Assembly (NCBI GenBank): GCA_965219245.1
Contig: OZ244722.1
Coordinates: forward strand, 1,785,212-1,849,211
DNA: 64,000 nt
DNA from: Dehalococcoidia bacterium
GTDB lineage: Bacteria > Chloroflexota > Dehalococcoidia > Lucifugimonadales > VXLM01
Direction of reading: 5' to 3'
Of this stretch, positions 18,141 through 28,723 are shown one piece after another; position 1 is the first letter of the stretch, and every line of letters begins with the position of its first letter. The position numbers were made by a program, and so were the translations under genes. Below the pieces are notes generated by a model, which made no database searches, had not been told where the DNA came from, and was given only the letters and a program-made list of their open reading frames with translations.

Positions 18141-19154
18141 CTACCCCTCCGGCCAGTCGACCCCCAGTTCCCGAACCGCGTTCCGCCAGAAGATGTCCTC
18201 GATCTGATCGCGCGTGAGTCCGGCGATCGCCGCCGCCTGCTTCATCGCGAGGAGCTGCTCGTACATGCAGATGACGGGCCGGTAGTCCGAGTGGTCGAAG
18301 TGGAGAGACGGCACCTTGTCGGTTTCGAGTTGCTGGTGTGTTCGGCCAAACGCCGTGTACGCGCCGTGGAACGAGACCGACTCGATGCCGTCGCTGCCGT
18401 AGAAGATGCGCCGGTGGTCCTCCTCGCGGAACAGCGTGATGAACGGGCGCACGTCGGTCACGGCAGACGTGTCGTACCAGATGTTCGGCATCGCCTTGAG
18501 GCGGTCAACCCCTCGCTCCATCTGCCAGTAGACGAACGACCGCGCGCAGTGAGCGAGGATCCACCGGATCCCCGGATAGCGCTTCGTCGTGTACTCCTCG
18601 AGGTCCCGCAGGTTCTCCTCGTCGCCGCCCCCGGCGCGCGACAGGTGCATCGTCACCCACAGTCCCAGTTCGCTGGCGACCTCCAACTGCTCGTGCGGCA
18701 GGAATTCGTGGATGCGGCAGTCCTTGATGTCTCCCGTAACAGAGTAGAAGCGGTACACCTTAAGGCCGATGAAGCCCCGCTCTTTGACATCCCGCTCGAT
18801 CTCTTCGGGAGTGTCGCTGGGCATCGTCAGCCGGTTCCGGCGCGAAAGGGGATCGGACTGCATCTCCCGGTGCATGAACGAGTTGTGGCCGTAGACGTCC
18901 GTGCCCGGCGCCGGCCTCCCCAACATGAGGAAATGCGTCTCCCGTCCCGGCAGCACGAGATTGTGCCACGCCTTGGCCGTCTCGAAGTCGGTGTCGGGAT
19001 ACATGTCCCGGTACTTGGTGCCTTCGGCAATGAGGCTGTTGTCCAGCAGGTGCATGTGACAGTCATAGACCCTCTGCGGCACCCAGCTCTCCAGCTCCGT
19101 TTCCCAGAGCTCCTTGTCGTCGTCTCTGTAGTCGATGTGTTCCTTGGTAAGCAT
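18141..19154 (-). CDS. Amidohydrolase-2 family metal-dependent hydrolase (TIM barrel)
   Basis: Start refined to ATG 19154 (MLTKEHIDY...). VYDCHMHLL HxH motif; ...WVTMHLSR... and ILAHCARS fit the amidohydrolase_2 / ACMSD-like fold. Confidence 0.75.
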   Translation of the reverse strand: MLTKEHIDYRDDDKELWETELESWVPQRVYDCHMHLLDNSLIAEGTKYRDMYPDTDFETAKAWHNLVLPGRETHFLMLGRPAPGTDVYGHNSFMHREMQSDPLSRRNRLTMPSDTPEEIERDVKERGFIGLKVYRFYSVTGDIKDCRIHEFLPHEQLEVASELGLWVTMHLSRAGGGDEENLRDLEEYTTKRYPGIRWILAHCARSFVYWQMERGVDRLKAMPNIWYDTSAVTDVRPFITLFREEDHRRIFYGSDGIESVSFHGAYTAFGRTHQQLETDKVPSLHFDHSDYRPVICMYEQLLAMKQAAAIAGLTRDQIEDIFWRNAVRELGVDWPEG

Positions 19155-19294
19155 GTGCCCCCTGCCTAAAGACGCCGGCAGCGCCGCCGATCTAATTGGT
19201 TCTCGACATGACCCCGCCATAATCCCTGAAATGCCCGCACATAGCAACAGCCACCCACCGGCATTGTCCTGAGAATGGGCCACACCATCAATCC

Positions 19295-19661
19295 GTCATT
19301 CCGGCGAAGAGCTTGCCCCGTACTCCGATACGGGGCCGGAATCCAGTGATCCCTTCAGACGGGGCTCGCCCAGTTTCAGTTTAGGGCGGTGAGGGAGGAA
19401 ACCCTCACGAGATTTTCCGAATGCCGCGAAGCACACCTGTCATTCCGAACGTTGCAAAGCACATCTGTCATTCCGAGCGTAGCGGAGCGGAGAGAGGAAT
19501 CTAAATTCATTCTCCAGCCGAGATATACTGTTTCGGCAGCAGACGGCACGATTTCCTAGATTCCTCCCTACGCTCGGAATGACAGCTTACTAGGGCCGCT
19601 TTCGCAAGGCCCTCACAATGCTGCCCACTCCGCGATCCCCCCGCCCTCTGCGGTGAATCCC
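19295..19661. repeat. Cluster of hairpin repeats (GTCATTCCGGCG...CCGGAATCCAG; GTCATTCCGAGCG...AGGAATCT; CCGCCCTCTGCGGTGAATCC)
   Basis: gtcattccggcgaagagcttgccccgtactccgatacggggccggaatccag at 19295. An inverted pair gtcattccgagcgtagcggagcggagagaggaatcta / tagattcctccctacgctcggaatgac. ccgccctctgcggtgaatcc lies directly 3' of the RND gene. Confidence 0.8.
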
Positions 19662-19662
19662 A

Positions 19663-22600
19663 TCAGGTCGCCGGTACCGGCTTGCGACTCAGCGCGCCGA
19701 CGATGCGCCGGAACGTATTCGGAATGCTCTCGTTGAATATGCTGTAGACCACCGGCACCACGATGAGCGTAAGCCCCGTCGAGCTCATCAGCCCGCCGAT
19801 CACCACCGTCGCCAACTCGGCGCTGATGATGCCGCCCTCGTCCGACGGCGCGGCCGCCAGGGGCAGTAGCGCGAAGCTCGTCGTCAACGCTGTCATGAGA
19901 ATCGGGCGCAGACGCACCCTGCCGCCGTTGATGAGAGCGTCGTAGACACCCATTCCCTTCTCCCGCAGCTGCTCGACGAAGGCGATCAGCACGATGGCGT
20001 TCGTCACCACGATTCCGATCAGGAGCAGGATGCCCATCATCGCGGGCAGGCCCAGAGACCGGCCCGTTATCACCAGCGCCGCCAGCGCCCCGATGAGAGC
20101 GAAGGGTAGGGTGGTTACGATGACGATGGGATTCCTCAGAGACCCGAGACTGGCTACCATCACCAGATAAACGAGGACGACTCCCACAGCCATCGAAATG
20201 AAGATGGCCTGGAACCCCTCGGCGATGTCCGCGAACAGTCCACCGCTGGTGATGGATACGCCCGGAGGAAGCGAGACCGCCGCGATCTTCTCGTCGATCA
20301 GCCGTCCGACCTGCTGCGCGTCCTCGGCAATGATGTCCCCCGTGATGGTGGCCGAGCGAAGGCCGTCCGTCCGGCTGATGGTCACCGGCCCTTCCTTCAC
20401 GACCACTTCGGCCAGTTCGCCGAGAGGGGCCGAGCCGAGCGGCCCCGCAATGATCAGACTCTCCACCGCTCCTATGCCGTTTGCCGCCATGCGGTTGCCC
20501 GACAGGACAACGTCTGTGACCGTATCGTCGATGGTAATCCGCGTGACCGTCTCGCCGATGAGGTACTGGCTCAGCTGCAACCCCACCTGCCTCGTGCTCA
20601 AGCCGATGGTCGCCGCCTTCGCCGGATCGACCTGTATGGATGCCTCGTCCCGCGCCTGCGCAACATTGCTCTCGACATTGATGACCCCATCCAGTTCCCC
20701 GAACGAGGCCGTCAGTTCCTCCGAGACCGCCACGATATCGTCATAGTTCGACCCCGTGATCCTGACATCGAGGCCGGAGGATGGGGGACCGCTCTGTACC
20801 TCTCGGATCCTTAAGGTCCGTCCGCCCGTGTCGAGTTCCTCTCTCAGGATCTGGGCAATGGCTTCCGGCGCATCCTCTGACAGATTTACCAGGATGCCGG
20901 CCTGATTGAGCCCGCCCGGCTGGCCCCCGAACGACAAGCTCGACGCCCCGATGGTGGTGCTGTACACCTGAGCGATACCGCTCACCCGTTCCTCAATTTG
21001 GATTACCTCGGCCAGCGTCCGGTCGGGCGGAGTGCCGGGCGGCAGGGAGAGCTCGATCTGCACGAACCTGTCGCCGCCGCTGGGGAAGAGTGTGACGGGG
21101 ATGAGGAACGTCAATCCCAGGCTTCCGGCGGTTAGCGCGAACGCGGTCACCAAAGTAATCGCCTTGTGCCGGAGCGTCCACCTGATGATCGGCGTGTACA
21201 CACGCTGCATCCACGTCTCTTGGACGAAGGTGTCGTTCTCCTCTCCAGCCCCTTCGGGCAGGTCGCCCGGGCGCAGCAGATAAGCGCCCAGCACCGGGAC
21301 CGCCGTCAGCGCGACGAACAGGGACGCTATCAGCGCGAAGCTCACCGTGAGCGCGAAGGGCGCGAAGAACGCGCCCACCAGACCCTGAATGAATGCCAGG
21401 GGCGCGAACACCACGATGGTCGTCATGGTCGAGGCGAAAATCGCGGGGCCGACCTCCGCCGTGGCCTCCAGAGCCGCCCTCCACCTCTCACGACCCGCCT
21501 GGATGTGACGATACACGTTCTCCAATACCACGATCGAGTCGTCGACCACGCGCCCGACGGAGATCGCCAGACCGCCCAGCGTCATGAAGTTCAGCGACAT
21601 ATCCTGCCACGCCATCAGCAGCACGCCCGTGAATACGCTCAGAGGGATCGACAGGCCGATGACGACGGTCGGGCGAAGGGTGTTGAGCAGCCCGCGCGGT
21701 ACCGTCGGCTTGAGCGTAAGCATGAACGCGAACACGACCGTCACCGCGAACAGGAACCCGAACATCGCCTCCCGCAGGAGCGTGTCGATCTGATGCTGAA
21801 TGCTCGGCCCCTGGTCGGATACGATGACGATCTCCACGTCCGGGGGGAGCCCCTCCAGACCGTCCAGCGCATCCCGCACGGCGGCCGTCACGTCGATAGT
21901 GTTCGCCTCGGCCTCCTTGACGACGGTCACGCCCACGCTCGGCTTGCCGTTCGTGCGGGAAATGCTCCTTGGAGCGGCAGTTCCAAGGCTAACGTCCGCC
22001 ACGTCGCCGAGGAACACGGGGCCCGACTCGGACATCCCCACGGCGAGATTCTTTACGTCGTCGATGGAGCTAAAGGTGTGCGTCGTCTTGGCAAGGACGG
22101 CTTGCCCGCCCTCGAAGATCGCCCCCGCCGGCAGGCTAACGTTGTTGTCTCTCAGGGCGTTCGATATCTGGAACAGCGAGACGCCGTTCTGCGCAAGCCT
22201 GTCGGCGTCCACGGTGATCTGCACCCGTCGCTCGATCTCTCCCGTAGCCTGGACCTGCAGGATGCCCTCGACGTCCGATAGCGCGGGAAGGACCCGTGAC
22301 TGGACGATTCCCCGCAGTTCGGCGGGGTCGCGGTCCGAGATGACGCTGAACTGGATCACCGGGAACTGGTCGGGATTGAAGCGTCCAACCGTGGGCTCCT
22401 CGACTCCGCCAACGAACGGAATATCGTTCACGGCAGAGGCGATGTGGGTCTCGGCGGCGGCCATGTCCGTCCCATACTTGAAGGTGGCCAGCACGACCGA
22501 GTTGCCCTCGAAAGTCGTCGTCTGGACGGACTCCAGCCCCACCGTTCCTGAAATCGCCCGCTCTATCGGATCGGTCACGTCGCGGACGACGGCGTCCGGG

Positions 22601-22767
22601 TTCGCGGACGGGTATGCTGTCCTTACGGTTACGAGCGGAAACTCGATTTCGGGAAACAGCTCCACGCGCAGGGAATTGTAGGCCGTTACCCCCGCCGTCA
22701 GAACGATGATTATCGCGAGAACCGTAACCGTCCTATTGCGGACCGCTATCCCGGTGATGAACCTCAT
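19663..22767 (-). CDS. RND family efflux transporter permease (AcrB/HAE-type)
   Basis: 1034 aa with 12-TM architecture and two large periplasmic loops. Typical N-terminus MRFITGIAVRNRTVTVLAIIIVL and GGLAISVGRVVDDSIVVLENV motif. No membrane-fusion gene is adjacent. Confidence 0.92.
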   Translation of the reverse strand: MRFITGIAVRNRTVTVLAIIIVLTAGVTAYNSLRVELFPEIEFPLVTVRTAYPSANPDAVVRDVTDPIERAISGTVGLESVQTTTFEGNSVVLATFKYGTDMAAAETHIASAVNDIPFVGGVEEPTVGRFNPDQFPVIQFSVISDRDPAELRGIVQSRVLPALSDVEGILQVQATGEIERRVQITVDADRLAQNGVSLFQISNALRDNNVSLPAGAIFEGGQAVLAKTTHTFSSIDDVKNLAVGMSESGPVFLGDVADVSLGTAAPRSISRTNGKPSVGVTVVKEAEANTIDVTAAVRDALDGLEGLPPDVEIVIVSDQGPSIQHQIDTLLREAMFGFLFAVTVVFAFMLTLKPTVPRGLLNTLRPTVVIGLSIPLSVFTGVLLMAWQDMSLNFMTLGGLAISVGRVVDDSIVVLENVYRHIQAGRERWRAALEATAEVGPAIFASTMTTIVVFAPLAFIQGLVGAFFAPFALTVSFALIASLFVALTAVPVLGAYLLRPGDLPEGAGEENDTFVQETWMQRVYTPIIRWTLRHKAITLVTAFALTAGSLGLTFLIPVTLFPSGGDRFVQIELSLPPGTPPDRTLAEVIQIEERVSGIAQVYSTTIGASSLSFGGQPGGLNQAGILVNLSEDAPEAIAQILREELDTGGRTLRIREVQSGPPSSGLDVRITGSNYDDIVAVSEELTASFGELDGVINVESNVAQARDEASIQVDPAKAATIGLSTRQVGLQLSQYLIGETVTRITIDDTVTDVVLSGNRMAANGIGAVESLIIAGPLGSAPLGELAEVVVKEGPVTISRTDGLRSATITGDIIAEDAQQVGRLIDEKIAAVSLPPGVSITSGGLFADIAEGFQAIFISMAVGVVLVYLVMVASLGSLRNPIVIVTTLPFALIGALAALVITGRSLGLPAMMGILLLIGIVVTNAIVLIAFVEQLREKGMGVYDALINGGRVRLRPILMTALTTSFALLPLAAAPSDEGGIISAELATVVIGGLMSSTGLTLIVVPVVYSIFNESIPNTFRRIVGALSRKPVPAT

Positions 22768-22971
22768 GTACTACTCCGTGGTTCGCTTCAGGTTCGTTTC
22801 GTGCCGTATCGCAAGAACGCCCCCGACCGCGGTCGGGGGCGAGTAACCTTCAATTCCAATTGTAGATAACGACATGTCGGGACGGTAGGTTATTCCCGAA
22901 CTGGCCGAGGTTGTCTTGTTCTCCTTGCTTCCGTATAGATTGAACTCATACAAGTCTACAAAGATGCCGTA

Positions 22972-22993
22972 GTAACTGTTCAGAGTCGGTGAG
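22972..22993 (+). repeat. Solo copy of GTAACTGTTCAGAGTCGGTGAG terminal-repeat motif
   Basis: 19/22 identical to 6533..6554. Lies in the RND upstream region next to a gtcattctgaggagcgcaacgacgaagaat hairpin. Confidence 0.5.
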
Positions 22994-23044
22994 ATATGCG
23001 GGAATTGTCCTCCTGCTGTCATTCTGAGGAGCGCAACGACGAAG

Positions 23045-23433
23045 AATTTACAATCTCTCGCGACGACCGCCTGACGTGGAGCGTGCCGAAACCGACCGGA
23101 ATCATGGGGCAGACCATGACGCCGGTCCCGCTGGGACGCGACCGGCTCATGGTACTCTACAACCGTCGATACGGACGGCAGGGCGTCGTGATGAACCTCG
23201 TGACGTTTACCGACAACGCCTGGACGATTTACTACGAGGGGATGATGTACGACCCCAACACGACTGCCGAGCGTCCGGAGGACATCAAGTCGGGCGTGGA
23301 GACATTCGCGAGCTTCCAGTTCGGCTTCCCGACTGCCATCAGGCTACACGACAGGACGTATCTGGCGACGCACTGGTCGCACGAGGGCGGCCACTGCGGC
23401 ATCGGGTGGACGCTGTTGCGGGTGGACTGGTAG
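23045..23433 (+). pseudogene. C-terminal fragment of a BNR/sialidase-like beta-propeller protein
   Basis: FTISRDDRLTWSV matches the BNR SxDxGxTW motif, followed by a last-blade-like region (YLATHWSHEGGHCGIGWTLLRVDW). The upstream sequence is replaced by a hairpin repeat and there is no plausible N-terminus. Confidence 0.4.
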
Positions 23434-23616
23434 GGGAGTACTGGAGACAAGACCTCATCGGCCGCTCCGAATGTGCTTCAGACGGACTTTCGGAATCGAC
23501 CGTCCTTGCTTCTTGGGTTTCCCCGCAATCCAATCCTCCTCCCGCTGCGTAGTACATAGTAGAGCCATGTAGCTTCCCATTATTTTTTTCGTTGTGGCTC
23601 TCGGGAGGGACTCGCT

Positions 23617-23991
23617 ATGACGACGACCACGTATGGACTCGATGTGTTCCGGCGGGAGTTGCTGAAGGGAAGCACCGAAACACTTATCATGTCGCTCCTA
23701 GCGGAGCAGGAGATGTACGGCTACCAGCTCGCCAAGGAGATGGAGCGGAGGAGTGGAGGCTACTTCCACCTCAAGGAAGGGACGCTGTATCCCGCCCTGC
23801 ACAGGCTGGAGCGCGACGGCCTGATAGAGGGGCACTGGGAGCTGTCCGAAACGGGCCAGAGTCGCAGGTACTACCATGTCAGCGCCCGGGGCATGGACCG
23901 CCTCGACGCAATGCTCGCCGAGTGGAACACCTTCTCCAACGCCGTAAACCGCATCGCTCGACCGGTCAGTGTCCCCGCCTACGTGGCCTGA
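23617..23991 (+). CDS. PadR family transcriptional regulator
   Basis: GSTETLIMSLLAEQEMYGYQLAKEM...LKEGTLYPALHRLERDGLIEG..SETGQSRRYY is the canonical PadR winged HTH. Confidence 0.9.
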   Translation: MTTTTYGLDVFRRELLKGSTETLIMSLLAEQEMYGYQLAKEMERRSGGYFHLKEGTLYPALHRLERDGLIEGHWELSETGQSRRYYHVSARGMDRLDAMLAEWNTFSNAVNRIARPVSVPAYVA

Positions 23992-24242
23992 CGCGCATCC
24001 GCTCCGAATATCCACCTGCCCGAAATGGGCACAGTGTCCCCCGCTGGCCTTCTCCTCACCTTCCCCACTATGCTGGACTAAACGGAGAACCTTCGTGTTG
24101 AGGTTCAACCTGCAGCAATAGCCTCATCCGCCATACACCGAGGGGCACATGGCCTGTCCTGGCCAGTACGCCGGGCTGCGTCAACTTCACGAAGACGGCA
24201 GCATCGGGCGACACCGAGCGCGAGCAGCCGGGTCAAACAGGC

Positions 24243-26423
24243 CTAGCTGTCACCAGCAGCCGACCGAGAAACGGCACAGTTGCATCCACTGCAACCCAGG
24301 CGCAGCAGCGTGCTTGGGTCTCCCGGAATGGTCCAATTAATGTTGGCTGGCATGCCAGTGAACTCAACCAGCGTGGCGTCCTCGCGCCGAGTGGTCAGGC
24401 CACCATCCTTGTAGTAGCCAAGTAGATACTCCGTGCATCCGTCTTCTGTCCACCACAGGGAGAGAATACCCGATCCGGTAGCGCCTTTGGGGTATATGAC
24501 GTAGAACGTACCGTCTGCCCTGGATCCCCTGAGAACCAAGTCGATCGGAGTGCCCACCCACGAACCGTGGTCTTCCTCGAGCTTGAACCGTGGAAATCCC
24601 TCACCCTTGGTCGATTGGTCAGGCCAGCCCAGTTGCGCTTTGAACTGCACCATGGGCGGCGCGGGAGACTCCATCGCGTTGATCCACTCATCGAATGCTG
24701 TGTAGAAGTCCGCTATGGAGAGACCAAAGGCTTCCTCAAAAGCCTGTTGCCAAGTCGGCCGTTCGCCTAGGAGCTTCCAGTAGGTCACGTATGCGTTCTC
24801 TTCCTCGGCCGCCTCCTCAACCAGGAAAGTGGCCGCGATGAAGCTCAAAGCGTAGGAGTGCCACCCTTCAGAACATCCGTGAAAAGCGAACCTGTCCTCG
24901 ATCCTCGCCAGCTCCATCGCCAGGTTTTCCAGGACATCCGACTCCTGTGCACGTTGCCACGCCAAGTCTTCATATGGTGTGTATCTGTCGTTCAGGAATG
25001 GCCTGCCTCCGGGTCTGCTTGGAGAGTATGCGTAGTCGGCATACGAAGCCAGACCTTCCACCAGCCAACTGGGGCCAGGACCGCGTGGGAAGCCCCAGGC
25101 TATCTCGCCACTCTGCAACTGTGCGAGCCCTGAACCAAGTTGCCCTTGCAGAACGTGGAAGTACTCGTGGGCAATGTAATGCTTGAGAGTAGAGAGCGAC
25201 CTGTCAGAGAGATGCCCGTACACTAGACCGACCACTGCCCCTCCCGATGCGGAGGATCCAACCCAACCATGCGTCACCTTCAATCTGTAAGCCGACGAGA
25301 TGTCTGTGCCGGTTACGTCCCGGTACACCGGGGACATCGCCTCATAGTCGACACCGACCAGCACCGTAAATCCTGTCGCCTCAATGCCAAACCGGTCGCT
25401 GAAGTAAGCCCGGGAGTGCTCCATCTCCGCGCGCAGTATCGTCTGGTGCTCTCTCGGAATATCCCCTGCGAATACCCAAGTTGGGGGAGGTGAATCCGCC
25501 TTTGGAACAGGTGTCGGTGTGGCCGTGGCCGTCGGAACAGGCGTAGCCGTGGGAGAAGGCGTGATCGTCTGAGTGGGCGTAGGCGACGGCGTCACGGTCG
25601 GCACGGGTGTAGCCGAGGGTGCGGGCGTGGCTGTCGGCAGGGGCGTCGGAGTCGCCGTAGGCTCCGGGGTTCGGGTAGCTGTCGGCGACGGAGTCGCGGT
25701 CGGTATGGGTGTGGCCGAGGGTGCGGGCGTGGTTGTCGGCAGGGGCTTCGGAGTCGCCGTAGGCTCCGGGGTCTGGGTAGCTGTCGGCTCCGGCGTCGCG
25801 GTCGGTATGGGTGTGGCCGAGGGTACGGGCGTGCCTGTTGGTGTAATGGTAGGGCTTACGGTTGACGTAGGCGTAGCTGTCGGTTCAACTGTGGGGGTGG
25901 GCTCTGCCGACGGTACCAGTGTCGGTTCAAGCGTTGGCTCAGGCGCCGCGTCCGGCGTGGGTTCGGGGGTTGGAGTCGGCTCCGGCGTCGGCTCGGATAC
26001 ATCGGGCAGCGCCTGAGATTTGGCAAGGTTTTCGGCAGCCACGGCTGCTTCGAATCCCGACGATGAAGCAGGCTGACGTGTTACTTCAACTGTTGGTGTT
26101 GCTGTTCTGGTGGGTGTCGGCGTGACCGTGTTGTCCGGTTGAGCAGCCGGCGCCTGATCGGGGCCATTCGACAGGACAAGGACCACCAGCCCGAAGCCCA
26201 GAACGGCGAACGTTGCAGCTATGAACAGGAGCCCGACTGCCGTCCAGGCGCGTGAGAGGCCCAGTGACAGGATGCGTGGCCTCGTGGTCGTGATGCCGGT
26301 TGTGGACCTGCGGGCGGCTCGTTCGATTCTGGGCCACAGGTCGTGGCTGTCAGGAACGGCGAATTGCGCGAGGTCGCTCAGCTGTTCTCGGTTGAGGAAT
26401 TGGTCTATTGGCTGGGCATTCAT
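24243..26423 (-). CDS. Membrane-anchored anti-sigma-factor-like protein with Pro/Thr linker and extracytoplasmic HExxH metallopeptidase-like domain
   Basis: Lies 22 nt downstream of the ECF sigma gene. Short cytoplasmic N-terminus, one TM (AVGLLFIAATFAVLGFGLVVLVL), about 200 aa of (T/E)P(T/S)-rich repeats, then a globular domain with KHYIAHEYFHVLQG. Confidence 0.7.
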   Translation of the reverse strand: MNAQPIDQFLNREQLSDLAQFAVPDSHDLWPRIERAARRSTTGITTTRPRILSLGLSRAWTAVGLLFIAATFAVLGFGLVVLVLSNGPDQAPAAQPDNTVTPTPTRTATPTVEVTRQPASSSGFEAAVAAENLAKSQALPDVSEPTPEPTPTPEPTPDAAPEPTLEPTLVPSAEPTPTVEPTATPTSTVSPTITPTGTPVPSATPIPTATPEPTATQTPEPTATPKPLPTTTPAPSATPIPTATPSPTATRTPEPTATPTPLPTATPAPSATPVPTVTPSPTPTQTITPSPTATPVPTATATPTPVPKADSPPPTWVFAGDIPREHQTILRAEMEHSRAYFSDRFGIEATGFTVLVGVDYEAMSPVYRDVTGTDISSAYRLKVTHGWVGSSASGGAVVGLVYGHLSDRSLSTLKHYIAHEYFHVLQGQLGSGLAQLQSGEIAWGFPRGPGPSWLVEGLASYADYAYSPSRPGGRPFLNDRYTPYEDLAWQRAQESDVLENLAMELARIEDRFAFHGCSEGWHSYALSFIAATFLVEEAAEEENAYVTYWKLLGERPTWQQAFEEAFGLSIADFYTAFDEWINAMESPAPPMVQFKAQLGWPDQSTKGEGFPRFKLEEDHGSWVGTPIDLVLRGSRADGTFYVIYPKGATGSGILSLWWTEDGCTEYLLGYYKDGGLTTRREDATLVEFTGMPANINWTIPGDPSTLLRLGCSGCNCAVSRSAAGDS

Positions 26424-26445
26424 ATCGTCCTTCTCCAGTTCCCCT

Positions 26446-26991
26446 TTACTTCCCGCGCGTGGTTGCTTGGAGGATCTGTTTCAGCCGCGCTCGTGCGTCG
26501 TGGAGGTTACTCTTGATCGTGCCTCTTGAGCGTCCGGTCCGCTCGACCATCTCGGCCTCAGACAGATCGAGGAAATACCGCATGATGACCGCCCCTCGCT
26601 GTGACGGCGCAAGCTGTAACAGCGCCTCGCGTACGGCTCTTCGCTCCTCGTTCAGTACTGCGGCGTCCTCAGGGTCGGTCGATTGGTCCGGTCTCCGTGT
26701 AACTTCCACGTGGTCCAAGGTTGTAGTCCGGTCTCGGCGTTGGACGGCCTTGATGGAGTCGTTGACGACGATCCTGTAGAACCATGGGCCAAACGGGCGG
26801 TTTGGGTCGTACTGGTCGGCCCGCTCGAAGACCCGAAGGAACGCGCCGGTCACAACATCTTCGGCAAGGGCGAGATCGTGTGTAACAAGGTACGCGGCAC
26901 GCAGCGCCCTGGTCTGGTATCGGGAAACCAGCGTACCGAGGGCGGCGATATCGCCCCGCCTTAGCTGTTCCATCTCGGGTTGGTCGTTCAT
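26446..26991 (-). CDS. ECF-type RNA polymerase sigma-70 factor
   Basis: Region 2 (DLALAEDVVTGAFLRVFER..QYDPNRPFGPWFYRIVVN) and region 4 HTH (GAVIMRYFLDLSEAEMVERTGRSRGTIKSNLHDARARL). Confidence 0.9.
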   Translation of the reverse strand: MNDQPEMEQLRRGDIAALGTLVSRYQTRALRAAYLVTHDLALAEDVVTGAFLRVFERADQYDPNRPFGPWFYRIVVNDSIKAVQRRDRTTTLDHVEVTRRPDQSTDPEDAAVLNEERRAVREALLQLAPSQRGAVIMRYFLDLSEAEMVERTGRSRGTIKSNLHDARARLKQILQATTRGK

Positions 26992-27321
26992 GTTTTCTGC
27001 CCTGGCACGTCAGGGCTCCGCTATGTATAGTATCCGTGAAACGGCCTAAAGGTTGGGAGCAATTCGCCTTTCGGCAGAATGTCTTGTGGTGACCCTATGT
27101 CGTTTTGAATGAATCCACGTCCCGACCGGCGTTCCAACCCCTTAAAAGGCCCCGACTTCCCCCGAAGCAGAGGCAGCTTTAGCTCCTACGGAGCAGAATG
27201 CTGAAGGTGCTTGACTATACCGTTCTGAGCACCTGGGTTTTCGACCGTGGGACTTCCTGAGTGAGTTCATCCGGCTCCCTTCCGAAGTCGGGGTAGAGTT
27301 ATTTCTCCGTCGCAAGCACCA

Positions 27322-27466
27322 CTAGTACCGTTCCCATTTGAATATGACAGTCGTATTGAGAGGTGCGTATCCCCTCTCCCGTCGTGGGAGAGAGCCTGCC
27401 CCGTACTCGATACGGGGGTGAGGGTGTTTTGAGTAAGCTACCAAAATCATATGGAACCGGTACTAG
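27322..27466. mobile_element. MITE (CTAGTACCGTTCCCATTTGAATATGA ... CATATGGAACCGGTACTAG)
   Basis: 145 bp, CTAG-bounded. TIR CTAGTACCG(G)TTCC. Core with both hairpins (ccctctcccgtcgtgggagag / gccccgtactcgatacggggg). Confidence 0.7.
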
Positions 27467-27844
27467 CTATTGAGGCCTACTTCCTTCGCGTGGAATCGCT
27501 AGGTCAGTCGCATCGTCATGACCAGGAGGTGTCAAGCTCCGTTCCTTTGTACGTCTTTCTCCTTTTACTACACCACTCATGCAGCGGAACTGTAGCTAAT
27601 ACGTAACAACCGCCCCAATCACACTTCCTCTTGCCAGTCGAAGATTGGCCCTGCACATGCCCGAAACCCATACTTCGTTCGCTGCCTGACTAGAATTAGA
27701 ATCTGCCACTGACGGTCCAAGGAGTTCTGTAGAGGCTCGTAAACTCCACCAAACAGGCCTCGCACGCAGCGTCCCTTTCGTCGCGGAAGACTCTCCGTGA
27801 TATGATGCGCCGGTACCGACCGTCGAGAGAGGTGTCGGCGTACC

Positions 27845-28723
27845 GTGCAGGGGAACAACCGGGTATCCATCGTCACTGACAGCGCGGCTTCTCTGCCCGC
27901 GCAATTGGCGGACGAGTCCGACCAATTCCTTCACGTCGTTCCCCACCAGATGGTCATCAACGGCACAACGTACCGGGAGGGGCTGGATCTTTCGCCGGAT
28001 GAGTTCTACGAGACTCTGCGAAGGCTAAAGCGGCCGCCAACGACGTCGGGGCCTTCGCCCGATCAATTCGCCAGGGCGTACGAGGCGGCATCAGTGGTGA
28101 GCGACAGTGTCGTCTGCCTCGTTCTCTCCTCGAAGTTCAGCATGACATACGACTCGGCGGTCGTCGGCGCGCATGAAGTCTCGGAGAGACTGCCGGCAAC
28201 GCATATCGAGGTGATCGATACGGAGAGCGCGACCGGCTCCGGCCTCATGGTGATCGAGGCGCTCCGGCTCTCGGCGCAGGGCCACACCGCGGACGAGATC
28301 GTCCGGCGGACGAAGGAGCTTGTGCCGCGAGTCAAGGTTATCGCTACGCTCGATACGCTGTACTACCTCCAGAAGGGCGGGCGCGTGCCTGTGCTGGCCC
28401 ATCTCGGAACGTCCCTCTTGCAGGTCAAGCCGATCTTCGAGATGTACCGTGGAGAGGTGAGCACGATAGCCAAGGTACGGACCGCAAAGAGGGCAAAGAG
28501 CAAGCTAGTCGACCTGCTCCACGAGGACGTGGGCGAAAAGAGACTCCACGCGGCCGTCTTACAGGGCAACGTCCCCGACGAGGCCTTAGAGCTGGAAGAG
28601 CGTATAGCCTCGGAGTTCGACTGCGCCGAGCTCTACGTCGGGACGTTTTCCCCCGTCATCGGCGCGCACACAGGCCCCGGACTGCTCGGCGTGTCCTACT
28701 GGTCGGAGAGCGAGTCGGCTTGA
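27845..28723 (+). CDS. DegV family fatty-acid-binding protein
   Basis: GTG start. VSIVTDSAASLP, TTSGPSP and LDTLYYLQKGGRV are DegV/EDD-fold signatures. Confidence 0.85.
   Translation: MQGNNRVSIVTDSAASLPAQLADESDQFLHVVPHQMVINGTTYREGLDLSPDEFYETLRRLKRPPTTSGPSPDQFARAYEAASVVSDSVVCLVLSSKFSMTYDSAVVGAHEVSERLPATHIEVIDTESATGSGLMVIEALRLSAQGHTADEIVRRTKELVPRVKVIATLDTLYYLQKGGRVPVLAHLGTSLLQVKPIFEMYRGEVSTIAKVRTAKRAKSKLVDLLHEDVGEKRLHAAVLQGNVPDEALELEERIASEFDCAELYVGTFSPVIGAHTGPGLLGVSYWSESESA

Noticed and set aside
27480-27844. Possible riboswitch or ncRNA in the lower-GC leader upstream of DegV
   Set aside because: I could not recognise any conserved riboswitch core. Only an imperfect hairpin lies just before the GTG start. 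A covariance-model scan would be needed.
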